From assembly GCA_051294905.1 (NCBI GenBank), contig CM119371.1, forward strand, positions 40,240,001-40,304,000: a DNA stretch of 64,000 nucleotides. Direction: 5' to 3'. The position numbers and the translations under genes were made by a program. Under the pieces are notes generated by a model. That model saw nothing but the letters and a program-made list of their open reading frames with translations. It ran no database searches and had not been told where the DNA came from. The DNA comes from Botryllus schlosseri (lineage: Eukaryota). Positions 38,807 through 52,473 of the stretch are shown in pieces; the stretch's first letter is position 1, and each line of letters opens with the position of its first letter.

Positions 38807-40237
38807 CTTTATAAAGATCATTCCGTGGTTTCGAGAAGACAATGCCTGCCACGAATCGTCGCACGACGGACCATTGCTCTTCATGAAGATGTTCTTCATC
38901 GAAGCGAGAGAATTCGCTGAGCTCCATTTCCGTTACAAAGATCGCTGCCAGATATTCTTGCAGGCTTTGATGGCAGAAGAAGAATGTGAAATCTCCTTCC
39001 ATCAAATGCCGGCTGAGTAGATTGTTCCCCGGAACTTTCGTCATTAAATCTTGGACTTCTTCCGTTGACACTCCAAAGTTTGTCAGGTCAGTCTGTTTGA
39101 ACACTACTCTTCCTTCTTTCATGCCTTGAAATGCTAATGCCTTCAGTTTGTGGACGATCGATAAAATTTGATTCCGATTTCGAATGTTTTCAACGCTTCG
39201 CAGAGCTAATACGATTCTATTGTATAGTTCTGTTACCGTGTTCGGGGGAGGTTCGTTTGGATCCCTTCCCATCACAACTGCTGTTAAAATCAGGAAAACG
39301 GGTACAGAAACTAACTTCAGCAGTCTTGGTGACATGGATTCAATTTTCTGCCAGAGTTCCTCGCCTTTCTCTTTGAGTAAAAACGCAAATAGCTTATGCG
39401 CGTCTTCCGAAGTAAGACCATTCAGTGTAATGATGGTTTCGGGTCGCGCCATCGCCGGTAACTCTGAAACCTTGAATTCGCGTGAAGCAATGTACACTTT
39501 CACGTCACGAAGGATATTGCGGGATAGAATGTTGTACATAATTGTCCAGGAGCTTGCTTTTTCATGCTTTCTCATTTTTCGGACACTTTTATCATCAACT
39601 TCCCACCTTGCCTGATCAAGCCCGTCAAATATTAAAATTGCCTCAGACTGGTGGTTATCTAGCCATTCGAATGCCTGGTCTTCTTCTACTTCGTTTTGAT
39701 ACAGCCCCCCGAAGAGAAATTTGGACGGATTAAGCCTGGTAACCTCTTCCATATCCTTCAATTCAATGTAATGTACCATTTTATGTTTGTAACAGGGCTG
39801 ATCCTTGACATCACCTCCTGCAGTCATGCCGAGAGCTTGTCTTGCTATTCTGCGTGTGAGTGTGGATTTACCGGATCCAGCAGATGCCACTATAGCGGTT
39901 ACACCAACTGTTTCTAACGAGCTTGTTTTTTCTCTTTGCCATATGGATGTAAATAAGTCACCAAAGCCGATCATTTTCGCTCCAATTCCCTCTTGGCGGA
40001 AAAAGCCAACTTCCTTTGTCAGCTGATTACGAACACCTAAATTCTGAGCTCGTTGAATGCTGATGTTGTCATAGCGACCTTTGTAATAATGTTGAACGTC
40101 GATCTCTCGCATTTGCGGGTAAACTTCAAAGTCGGGTTGATTGAGGTTTTCAAGTCTGAAGTCGTCAAGGATGTCAATAGCCGTCAATTTCTTGGTATTA
40201 TCGTTGCAAATTTGAATTAATTTTCTGGATCTGGTGC
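38807..40237 (-). CDS. NACHT-domain exon of an NLR-like protein (477 codons)
   Basis: Walker A ASAGSGKST, Walker B ILIFDGLDQ, sensor-1-like YIASR, VSVPVFL, winged-helix FFFCHQSLQEYLAA, and EQWSVVRRFVAG. Acceptor ttttccattccAG at 40238; donor aaag|GTCAGA at 38806. 1431 nt, phase 1-1. Confidence 0.92.
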
Positions 40238-43074
40238 CTGGAATGGAAAATATTGAGTCGTTTCATGTCTACAAATAGCTACAGTTTGCCATTGCTGATA
40301 TGGTAAGTCAGCTGCACATTGATTCTAAAAGGTGACCAGCATTGAGGTTCTCGCTCGTGTGAACAAAAACTACTATAGAAGGTCTGCTGCGAACACAAAT
40401 ATATGACGATACGATGGTAATTGAAACTAATCTAGTTTTTGCTTTCCTATCTGAAACCGTGGTTGCAGAACATGTTGACTCCTAATTTGGCTGACGACTC
40501 AGGACGAATTCTACCCACTATTGTACAAAACAGTGCTTTTCAACCTGTGGAATGGTATGCACTTGTGAGAAAAAAAAATTGAGTGCGGATGACGAAGGTG
40601 GTGCGGAAGGTGCGAATTAAACTTTCGCTGAATGCGGATGAAACTCATAAATAATTGGTACATTTTCTGACGAGGAATAATTCATATAAACCTAATAGGA
40701 AATTCAAGTGTAGTGGTTACCTAACTTTTGTAGTTGTGACCAACGTCCCCGCTAATTTCCCACTAGTCTGCGCACACTCACCAACTTACTGATCGGTCCT
40801 TTGGACAACAGTGCGTAACGACTAACAAAAAAGATCAGCCCCTTTTCGCAGCTTAGATTTTCTGAACGCAGAGACCGTGTCAGCACTGCGCGATTGCGCA
40901 CGTGCGCAGCTTAGAGGGAAGATTGGTTGCGACGCAATTGTAAGAACTTTTTGACTCTTCACACGTGACATAACTAATCATAGCTTCGACAAAAGCTCTG
41001 ACTCCCACGAGCCGTACTGAATTAATATTTGCGCACTGTAATTATTACGTAATCAAAAGCTTGGTTCGAAAGCGGGTATCGTGACAGTCATACAGTGTAT
41101 CAGCATGACTGAGCCTGTGACCGTCTGTTAGTAATCTATACTGTACTGTGACACGCTGAAGATATGACGTCCAATTGCTTTCGTTCGCTGAACAATCATC
41201 ATATTCTCGTAATAACAGTTCGATTAGCGCGAGGCATGAGGATAGTAGTAAATGCCAACATTATACAGACTAACGTATGCAAGTTACTTTAACTCAAATT
41301 CTTACCCCTTTAACGGTTATTAAAGTATGGTTCGCAAATGGAAACCTATAATTATGGGTTTCCACGGTGCCAGAGCAATCTGTTAATATCTATGCCATAT
41401 TTGTTGGATTTATTGCAGAAAGTCCTGCGGATCGTTTTACATATCCAAGGCCACTGTGTTGGGCACTATAGCCAATGAGTGAGACACGCAGGATATGTGG
41501 CTTCATGAGAATGTGCCATCTTTTGTATTACACAAATTGGTTTGAATTCATGTTAAGATTTGTCCGACTGGTTTCTCTGTAAAACATCGTTAAATACCGT
41601 TGGGATGAAGTATACTGTAGGAGTGTGCAAGAAGCGAGTTCGGGTCTATGCGACACATTCATTTCGGGGCCAACCCCTTCTTCGTCAGGGCACAGGAAAA
41701 GGTAAAGTTTAGGCCAAAAGACCGCTGATAAAATACGGGGCCAAACAGATCAGCAGCGACGAAAAAAATGTCGACCAAAAATGACTCTCGCGGGTTGGCC
41801 AAAACTTTTCATATGGATATGCTCCGTAATCGAAATGGTCGGCAGTCGTCACCGAATAGGCCCGTTCTTGCAATCTGAGTACTAGCACAAATGCGACGGG
41901 CATAGGAAATTAATTCACTCCAATTTGAAATTGTTGGCGTCAGACATGTTTCGCAGAGCTGCGCTGGGTACAATTGTGTTTTGCGCGTTCTGTAAATCAT
42001 ACATGTTCGTAAATTCATAGCATACTACTATAATAACAAAAATGCATTAATTTCCTTGCGTGTGGCTCGGGTCTTGAGATGCCACCAAAACTTGGGATTT
42101 CGTCGTGGCCTGAAAAGCTGATTCAAGGTTATTGAACTGTTATGAAATTTCAAGTTCGATTGAGCTAAAGAGTCGAACACGCAGTATCGTGACTATCTTT
42201 GCTCTTCTCATTCACTGGCTAAACAGAAAATAGGAAATTAAAAGAAAAAAAAAACAGAACACACGTTGTAGCAACGTAAGGTAGCGAGCTCTAACGCACA
42301 TACTCTCCTTGGTAATTTTGGGGACAAGCCACCAGGCAGAACCTCGACACAAACATGTGGGTTTCTCACCCTTCGACAAACTGGACCTTCCCGGGGACCT
42401 TTGTGTCATCTCTTGACAACGATTACTGCCAGTAAGCATTTTACTCTCGGTAAAAATACTCTGTATTTTGGATTGGAGTGTTTTATGGTTATTATATAAA
42501 CCTGGCCATCCAAGTACTAGTATAAACGTTCTTGTACGAAATAGACCGGCTTATTTTGCCGAGAAGAATGTTAGGTAATTATAGTTGAAATCAAAACAAG
42601 TAAAATGAATTATATTTTTAATGAGACACTTGATGGCCTGTAGCAGACTATTTGTTGCACATCTGAACAGAATATTGTTGAGTGTCTTCTTCTTTTTGTA
42701 TAACAATTTTAGGTTGGTTGTGCGAATGTAATTTATTTTGCAAAAAAAAAAATGCGAAAGGTGAAATGTTGAAAAGCACTGGTCTAAAACATTTAGTAAG
42801 CTCCATATTTTTGATTTTATCTCAGTAAAAGCCATTAAATATATTTTGACACTTATGACAACTAACATGATTGTTTTAAAGGGCGACCGAAGAGTTTGAC
42901 GATAATAAAAATCTAAATCTACGGTTTATTCTTTAGTAACACGCTTATCACGGCAATGCGAGTAGCAGTAGGCCTACGCAATGGCTGTATCGGTTAAATC
43001 AGTTCCTCAAAACTGAAAGAACAACAACTTAGGAACGGTTAATATGGTTAACTGACAACGTTTCTTTGACTATA

Positions 43075-44037
43075 GGGGGAGGTGTGGTACCGATGGATCA
43101 CTGGGACCGAAAATACTTGAGAAATTCTCCATGATAATTCCATGATTACACTCCGTGATTTTGTCTACAAGCACATGCTGACAGAATCTTTCCTCACATG
43201 CAAAAATATTCAACCTGCATGAGTTATGGGGTCTGTGACGAATGATTTACGTTTTAGGGGGTGTAAAGTAAATTTGGATCGACATTTGCATTTTTCTATA
43301 TCACCTTTCAGACTAACCAACCCGCCATAATTTTTGATGTGAGGAATAGGGCTTGTATCAATGTATATAATGGCACATATTTTTTAAATCAATACCATCC
43401 TCGAGTGGACTATTTTCAAGTCAATTACAATATTTATGGGGTGGGGGACCTATGGTACCATAGCCGAATCAAGTAAAATAGATGGACCGACTAATCACTT
43501 AACAACAGAAACTCGCCTATTATAGGCTGTAAATCATAGTTACCTGCGGTGTTTTATCGCTATTACGAGGTATTTGAAAGTCAAAATGTCGATTTTCGGG
43601 TAATATGTATGTGGCATTAATGTTGTAAGTTTAGGCGTAAATCAAAACATGATTTTATGCCAACATTTGAGTTCATATAATCTATTTTATTCTTGAAGGT
43701 CGCAAAGAAACATTCTTCATTGGCTTGCTGTAGCTTGGCTTATAGTACACAACAAAACAAGTTACCAAATTTGAGTTTTTGAGCGTGTGTCTCATAGCAT
43801 AGGTCCCATGGTCATGTGCCTTTGGACCCACCGGGTGGGGACCGATGACACGTTCGAGCAACAAATTTTAAACGTTTATAAATATTTTTTGAAAAGGCGG
43901 ATATTCATGTAAATGTCCGCGATAGGTAGAGCTTGTATCGAAGTGTTGAGCCAGCAAAAGATCTGCTATTCTTGGCTGAAGATTTAAGGGCCAGAGATCA
44001 TTTTGTAATTTTTGATCCATCGGTACCACATCTCCCC
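43075..44037 (-). mobile_element. TA-flanked MITE (GGGGAGATGTGGTACCGATGG family), diverged copy
   Basis: Same TIRs and internal sequence as 44588-45551, in opposite orientation. Confidence 0.85.
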
Positions 44038-44587
44038 TACTGCTTACTTATTACAGTTTTCGGTGGTATAAGCCTTTGTTTAATCGACAGTGCCAGAAGA
44101 CTAACTTACGGTCGGTAATGTGGACTGCTATGTTTGTAATTGGCAATGCCACTACCAAGAGAGTCCTTTTCCCGCAGATACTCGAGAAAACAGTGTGGAT
44201 TCAAAAGCTGCTTTACACACATAAGTAGCAATGTATTCTCCTCGGTCCATGCAATGCAACATGCAATCCAAGAACACAAGGTGAACGATGTCGGGTAGAA
44301 CGAATTCGCGAGTGAGGATGAATGTCGATGCGACAGCAACTTTGTTTTTGTATTGATACAAACTTTTTGTCGAAATCGGCTATTAGATTTGTCCGATTAT
44401 TTGGTGTCTTGACTTGACTAGAATCATTTTCTTTTTCAAATGCGTGAAATGACTCAACTCGAGTCAATTTTTGTACGGAATCGACTTGTACTCGAGTCTT
44501 TGTGCATGACTCGAATCAAGTCACATGGCTCGAGAGAGGACGGCCAAAACAGACATTCCATTGTAACCTCAAAGAATAGTAAAGTTA

Positions 44588-45551
44588 GGGGAGATGTGGT
44601 ACCGATGGATCTAAAATTGGAAAATGATCGCTGGCCCCAAAATGTTCAGCCGAAAATAGCAGATCTTTTGCTGGCTCAGCACTTTGATACGAGCTCTACC
44701 TATCGCGCGCATATACATGAATATCGGTATTTAAAAAAAATATTTATGGATGTTTAAAATTTGTTGCTCGAACGTGTCATCGGTCCCCACCCGGTGGGTC
44801 CAATGGCACACGACCCGGGGACCTATGACACATATACCCTAAAAAACTCAGATGTAACAACTTTTCTTGCTCAGTATTATAATCTAAGCTACAGCAAGCC
44901 AAAGAAGAATTTTCGGTCGCAACCGTCAAATAATAGATTAAATATTGACTCAAATGTTGTCATAAAATCACGTTTCGATTTAGGCTCGGACTTATAAATT
45001 TAAGGGTACATATATATTGCCCGAAAATCGACAGTGTGACTTTCAAAGACCTCGTTATAGCGATAAAACATCATATGCAATTATTACATAAAGATTTTCT
45101 GTACGTAGTCATGTTTCATTTGTTTCATGATTAGTATGCTTGTTTATTTTGCTTGATTTGGCTATTGTATCATCGGTCCCCACCCTACTAATTTTGTACA
45201 TGAATCGAAAAAAAATCCACTCAAGGAAAGTACTGAAAAAAATAATAGGTTCCATTATATAGCCTGATACAAGCCCTAGACTTTGCAATAAAAATGATTG
45301 CTGGTTCGTTCGTGTTGAAGGTTACAAAGAAAAATGTATATGTCGATCTAAATTTACTTTACACCCCCCAAAACAAAAAACATCTGTGAGAGACCCCATA
45401 GTTCGCGCACGTCGATTTTTTTTTTGTATGTGAGGAAAGATGTTGCTAGCATGCAATTGTAGACAAGTTCACGGAGTGTAATCATGGAATTATCATAGAG
45501 AATTTTCAAAGTATTTTCGGTCCCAGTGATCCATCGGTACCACATCTCCCC
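44588..45551 (+). mobile_element. TA-flanked MITE (Tc1/mariner-type TSD), young copy
   Basis: TA|ggggagatgtggtaccgatggatc ... gatccatcggtaccacatctcccc|TA; near-identical to 56657-57618. Confidence 0.9.
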
Positions 45552-46782
45552 TACCACAATATTGGTATTTGGTGTATCAGCCTGATACATGGAAAATACG
45601 GCCAGAAACTGTTAAAACTGGGAAAACTTACTATATCCTTGTACCCAATATTGCTGGGCCAAACGCCTGTCATGCTGAGCACCTCTCCAGCCTACGAAAT
45701 TGTGGAATACGCTGTATATTGACACTAGAAACTTTGTCTCTAAATTCATACAGTGCCCATTTAGCAAATTATACTTTCAATCTTTCATGTCAGAATTCAT
45801 TTTCAAAATTCATTAAAATTCAAGTACTGATAGTTTGATTGATTAAATGCTGATATTTTGATGTGCTAAGCCGAATATTAATAAAGTTTTAATTGAAGGC
45901 TAACGATATATTTTAGCCATCTCTGGCGATATATTTCATGTACTCCAACACCTGAATGCAATTTTAATATAGTTGAGTCCATTGAATAGGAATTTAATGT
46001 GTTGTCAGAAATGTGCATCGATTTTTTTCAATACTGGCAATATTTTCCTCACCTATACTTACGTACTCTTACATGTGAATCAAATTTTAGTAATCCACTG
46101 CAATGATATTTTCACTCGAATATATTTTTAGTCCTCATTTCAATGTTTGCTGGCCATCTTGCTACTTCTAAGTCTGTAAATTCTAATAATTTATTTGTGG
46201 TACTGTGTCAGGCAATTAACTTCAATGTTTCGTACCGAATATTGCTATGTATAGCACTTAAAAATTATTTTCCCCAGCCTAGGGGAAGATTGAGAACTGC
46301 GGTATAAAATTCAACAACATAGAAATTCCATAAGATCAAGTGCTTGTAGTTCAATCTATTGAATAGGCATTTTTAGTGCGCTCTGCCCAATATGTATCAA
46401 CTGTTTCATTGGAGGTTGCATTTTTGTGATAGTCATTAGATATTTGTGTACTTTCAACTCTTGCGCACGAATATAATTACAATTACTCCCCCCAGTGACA
46501 TTATCCACTTAATTTTGTGTTTTCATGCTGAATTTTATGAAACCCCTTTATTGTTTCTATAATGCAAGGTAATAAGTCGTGGTTGATATCGTGTTTGTGT
46601 TCGCAGCCATGCTAGGGGGTGCCTAAGTAGGTGGGGCCAGGAAAGCTAGGGTGTCGGGTGGTTCTTTTAACCGTCGGATCTACGTTCTGTAGCATTGTAG
46701 ATAAAACAAATTTTGTACGTTTTATTTTGCATGTCCGATTTATGTGAAAAACGCGTTAAAACGCGTCGACACAAAAACAAGA

Positions 46783-46890
46783 CTTGAAACTGTGGAACAT
46801 TTTCTCATTCATTGCCCAAAATATTCCTGCGAACGGGAGTACCGGGAAAGCGCAGCTCGGGAACACGGCGTGCCTTTTCATAGATAACAT
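46783..46890 (+). mobile_element. Decayed LINE 3'-end fragment
   Basis: Translates LETVEHFLIHCPKYSCERE, resembling the C-terminal Zn-knuckle of non-LTR ORF2 proteins. Confidence 0.45.
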
Positions 46891-49555
46891 ACTGACCCAT
46901 CCCGCAGCGATTTCCTCGGCAATATAATTTTTTTCTGTTGTCCGGAAGAGAGATTTATTAGAATGATGCGTTTATCACTAATTGACCTGGTGCACAAGGC
47001 CATTGCTGCCTGCCGAGCACCATAATTCTATACCAACAGCAACAAAAATGTCGAAAGATTTTTTGTATTGCATACCGACAACCGAAATACGCTTTTTTAT
47101 GCTATATATCGAAAGATATCAAGTGGAGAAGTTATGCTTTGCTGACGGATCTGCAAAGATATATTTTGTCAGTGAACGGGCTGATTGCATCTTAGTACAT
47201 CGGTCGAATGTTGTATACATCAACCTCAAAATTCGTGATGCTTGATATGTATTAGGCCTACTATGCTATGATTTATGGAAATACCACTCAGATTATAGCT
47301 AGTAAGATAATTGTCTCTCCTCTCGTAACAACAATTATATTACAACAGAGTAATATGTTAATAGGTAGCTCCCAACCTTCCTTTTCGCCTTTCTCGTGCT
47401 GAAATGAGTCAAGTATTGAGTCTCTCTTCTATCAATGAAATTGACTGAACGTTTTAATATTTTCGCACTGCAATTGACCCATTCGTTATAATACTGCCAA
47501 AAACTTGACGATACACGGAGAAACAATTAATTGTTACGACTGCATATTTACCATAAGGATTATTTGGCGATGATCTTGATGACCGCTTAAGAATCTTGTT
47601 GGTCTTTCGTGGGATTTTAGTCAACCCGCCCTTGTTTCCCCTTTTTCTGTTACCTGTTACAAAGTAATTCGTTTCTAAAACCTTATATCTCACGTGGAAA
47701 ATCAAAACCGCGTTCAACATGAATATCTACATAAGGAATTTTAATTACAATAATATTTGAAGATTATACACCAATCACTTAAGTTCATCCGTAAGCTGAA
47801 ATAAAATAAATTTCATTTATTATAGGTATTTATAATATTCACAGTTACGGCTCGTCCTTAGGCCAACTTGGGCATTGCCAACCTACAATTCTGTGCTATA
47901 AAAATATTAACACGAATTTATTATTTATAAACGAAGCGAAAATGCAACAAAAATCAAGTGATTTTCTATGTTCTCGCTTTCAAACTTTCAAACGCATCCA
48001 AATTCCTTGAAAAGGTAGCGCTCAAAAAAAGTCTACTTATTTATTTTCCCAATGTTACCCACAATAAATAAACATATACGGTTCTTTTTCTTCATTCATC
48101 TCACTCGGCGAAATCGGGAAATCTCCAGATTGCCCTGAACTCTGACATAACAATGGTCTATGTGTGTGACACTGAGCGGGTCCGCCTTTCTTCTTAGGCT
48201 GTACAAAATATATCGAATTATACTCATATCAGCAGTTTCTAATTCAAGTCCGGCTTGATGATTGTTAATATAATATTAATATTAAAATAATCAAATTCGT
48301 ACTGACGAAGCACCACCGCCTCTTTTTGCGTTGAACTAAAATCGCTCTTCCACACGCTATTAAAACTCTTCGTTGCGATTCAATATTTCGGCGATAGCAC
48401 TATTGTAATGTTGGCGCACCCGCTACACCAGTGTTTCTCAACCTTTTTGGCTTCGCGGAGCCCTTTTGGACCATCACGGACCCTCGCGGACCCCCTCAAG
48501 TTTTAGTTCAAATTTAGCTCAATTATAGTGCGAGAGTCATCTGTCTTGCGCAAATATGAACTCATTGAACTGTAGGCTTGTTATAGACAGCGACAAAATG
48601 ACTTTTCTTGATAACAACATCATGCGATTTATTTATAAATTGTATAGACTTTATTATTTCAAAGCTAACTTTGCAGCTGTATTTCTTGAAGTAGGCCTAC
48701 GTGGTACGTAGCAAAAATCCCTTTCCACACACAAAGATAGATAGAGGTCAATGTAATAATAACACGTAACGATTCCGAAGACACTTTTGGTGTGATCGCA
48801 ACATTTGTGGCCCTATAATGAAGACACATATTTTTAATATAAGACCTTGATAGCTTCCACACCCTATTATCAGTGGTTCTCAACCTTTTTGTCTTCGCGG
48901 ACCCCTTTCGGACCGTCATGGACCCCGCGGACCCCCACGAAATTTTCTGTCAAATTTAGCTCAATAATCGTGTAATCGTCATATGTCTTATGAAAGTGAT
49001 AACTGTAGGTTTGGTGATATACAGCAACTAAATGACTGTTCTTGAAAATTATATCATACTATTTATAGAAAGTGGGTTCACTTCTATTATGTCAAAGCGA
49101 ATTCTGCAACTGCATTCCTTGAAATACGTGGTCGTGTCTTGAAAATCCGTGCCTTCGATTTGGATTGGATATGAACGAGTGGAAAATCCATTTCCATTAA
49201 TATGGGTGGTGGCGAATGTAATGATAACGCGTAACGCTTCCGACGACACATTTGCGTATGATCGCAACAAATATGGCACCAAAATGGACAACTATTTTTA
49301 TAATGAACATACAACGCCCAGCCTGGTTATTCTATCTAGAAGCTTATCTTGAAGTTATTATGGGAAATTGGTTGTGTATATCACAGGAGAAAATGGATTT
49401 TTGTAAACATTTCGAAGTCACCGTGATTGACCTTACTCATCAAACTTTTTTTCCACAATCCCAAACAAAACATCTCTAAACAGCAAAATTTTTGTATCAG
49501 TAGGCTATTGGCAATTTAAGAATTAAAATGAGTCTGCGCAGTAGGATATCTTATC

Positions 49556-51377
49556 TAGGGATGGCGTGAACGTGAGGTTCACGTTCGCGTTCTGTGTGTG
49601 AGCCTCGGAAATTTAGAGGTTTGCGTTCACAACAGAACCTTGGTAGATTCTGCACTGTGAACCTTTTTCATGTATTATAATTTTCCCTTCATTATATCAT
49701 CTTTGGTTCCAATTTTTCGCATTTCAACTGCCGGCCACTCTATGCATGGCGCTGGTAGCATAAAAAATCCTACAGGGTTGGTGCGATTACATGCAAAATA
49801 AGGTCAGTGACATGCAAAATAAGGTCAGTCGCGACATGCAAAATAAGGTCAGTCCGCGCATAAATCCGAATCTATACTTCAATTACTAATCCAACTTTTT
49901 TCTTATGAAAAATAAATTCAAAATATCTTTCCTATATAGTAATTTCACGATTGACATTCCCCATATATATCCTAAATCTGAAGATGTTTCAACAAAATGT
50001 AATCATACGATCATTACAATTACGAGAGGTGAGTCGCATGTAGAATATAAAGAGTCCGCGTATAAATCCAAATGTTTACTTCAAATCCTACTGTTTTCTT
50101 ATGCCACTGACCTTATTCTGCAATCTGCATGTCGCGACTGACCCTATTTCGCATGCCACTGACCTTATTTTGCATGAGACTGACCTTATTTTGCTTGTCG
50201 CGACTAACCTTATTTTGCATGCGGCTGACCTTATTTTGCATGTCGCGACTGACCTTATTTTGCATGTGACTGACCTTATTTTGCATGTGACTGACCTTAT
50301 TTTGCATGTGACTGACCTTATTTTGCATGTCGCGACTGACCGTATTTTGCATGTGACTGACCTTATTTTGCATGTCGCGACTGACCTTATTTTGCATGTG
50401 ACTGACCTTATTTTGCATGTCACTGACCTTATTTTGCATGTGACTGACCTTATTTTGCATGTGACTGACCTTATTCTGCATGTCGCGACTGACCTTATTT
50501 TGCATGTCACTGACCTTATTTTGCATGTCGCGACTGACCTTATTTTGTATGTTTTTGACCTTATTTTGCATGTCATCGCACCAACCCTCCTCAAAAAATC
50601 AACACTAAGACTTAGCGAGCATGCACCTTGACAATCTCAAAAATGATACCCGCTTTGTTACAAAAGTTTGCTCGAAAAATCCAGCTTTCCGTATGTGAAT
50701 ATTTAGTGACTATCTGCTGTGAGCTTGACCAGCAATCACACAACATCACGAGCGAAATACACTACATGTAGTCATCGAATGATGCTTATTCAACCAATCA
50801 AGAAGATTGATATCGTTTTCTGATGTAAAAAATCTAACAGGCGTCAATCTTGACTTCACATGTTTACTGTATCATTAAAACCAAATCAGTGCGATTGAGG
50901 TGTTGGATACTGCTGTATAACTTGTTAATGGGGTAATATGGGTAGCAAGTATAGAAACCCGTATTACACTTTGCTCAATATCAATGCAGCAATACTCAAC
51001 TCAGGCGCCAAATACAATGTCAGATCTGGCCTATACCGTTAAGGCGTAAGCTTATATTTCCCCAAAATCCTCGTCGAAATTCTTGGCAAAGTGACGGAAG
51101 ATATTGATTTTATGGGAATATTATATAATTTGATGGCTCCACTTGATACATTTGGTGACCGTTAATTAGTCAGTATGTAGCCTACTCCTGCATTGTGGCA
51201 TAATGTGGTCCGAGTTGTCGCTAAGTGTTGTTCACAATAATATATCAACTCACTGAAATGCATGGTTGGAATTAGCATTATGACGTCACCAGGTTCACGT
51301 TCGCGTTCACACAGAACCTTTCAAAAAGGTTCGCGTTCACACGAACCTGAACCTTTCAGAGGTTCACACCATCCCTA
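49556..51377. mobile_element. hAT-type MITE (TAGGGATGG termini)
   Basis: tagggatggcgtgaac / gttcacaccatcccta; perfect TSD atcttatc. A partial copy lies at ~58160-58272. Confidence 0.88.
49774..50588. mobile_element. Foldback-like element with 21/24-bp subterminal minisatellite
   Basis: agggttggtgcga...catgcaaaataaggtca (3 units, left) is mirrored by about 22 units of actgaccttattttgcatgtg / ...gtcgcg (50101-50575) and tcgcaccaaccct. Confidence 0.8.
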
Positions 51378-52473
51378 ATCTTATCTCGGACTGCCATTCT
51401 GTTGATGTGAGCTCTGGAGTTTTACCAGTAATGAAGCGAAACTGCCTCGTGATTGTCCGAATTTAAAAGAATACAAATTAGGTTGTCAACTATTTTGAAT
51501 CTTCGCAGACCCCCTGAAAATGCTTCGTGGACCCCCAGGGGTCCGCGGACCCCCGGTTGAGAACCGCTGCGGCCTATTTAAAGTCCACTTGTATGAATAT
51601 ATGCGGTCTTACGTTTATACATACGGTCTGCTATCGGGGCCACAAAGTATAATTTTAATGAACATATCACGTCAAGCCTAGTCATTTTTATCTAGCATCT
51701 CATCTTGGAAGTTATTCTGGAATAGCGGTTATGTATATCACTGGATAAAATGGCTTTCGTGGCGAGGTTTCAATCCCTTCATTGGGAAAAATTAGGAAAA
51801 ATACTTCAGGAGCTGTTATTTCAGACAACTCGACTAATTTGATGACACTGACTACGAATTCACCCTGATTGATCTTACCATCTCCATATTTTTAATTTTT
51901 TCACACACCGCAACAAAACGTCTCAAAAACAATATGTTTGTATCAGTAGGTTATTAGCAATTCGGCAATGAAAATGAATTTGCACGGTAGGATATTTCAT
52001 ATCAGACGATTATTCTGATGATGTGAGTAATGAGGTTTTAGCAGTTGGGGAGAAAAACTGCCTCTTGCTTTCCCTAATTTAAAAAAAATTACAAGTTAGG
52101 TTAACAATCATTTCGCAAATTGAGAGGTCTCGCAGACCCCATGAAAAGTCTTCGCGGACCCCCGGTTGAGAACCACTGCGCTACACATTTAAGCGCATAC
52201 TCAAGTATCAGTCAAAGGGTACTTGAATGAAAAGCAGGTACTTTCTCTCAAAGTCCGGAATAGTTCATCCGGACTACTCCAATGGGTTTCATTGCGTATA
52301 TCTGATATATCAACATGTTGATAACCCAGAACACTCATAAAATTATCATGACCAACTGGCCTTGAAATATTTTATAACACATTTTTCTTCTCATTGAAAT
52401 TAAGTGCCTCAAAGTAGACCATTCTCCTTAATTGGGACACCGTATAAAATGAAGAACAAAACATTGCACTCAC

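Larger units (their letters stand above)
48429..52178. mobile_element. Charlie-like hAT MITE with three nested elements
   Basis: cagtgtttctcaacc / ggttgagaaccactg; perfect TSD cgctacac. A same-family copy lies at 48871-51569 inside. Confidence 0.85.

Noticed and set aside
44761..44997. ORF MLLERVIGPHPVGP recurring at 43682, 44761 and 57209
   Set aside because: It recurs only because it lies in three copies of one MITE; TTG start and the frame is not preserved in the older copy.
50088..50631. Three repetitive ORFs (TCKIRSV / HVTDLIL / MQNKVSH)n
   Set aside because: By-products of a 21/24-bp minisatellite (multiples of 3) inside a TIR element; no splice or homology support.
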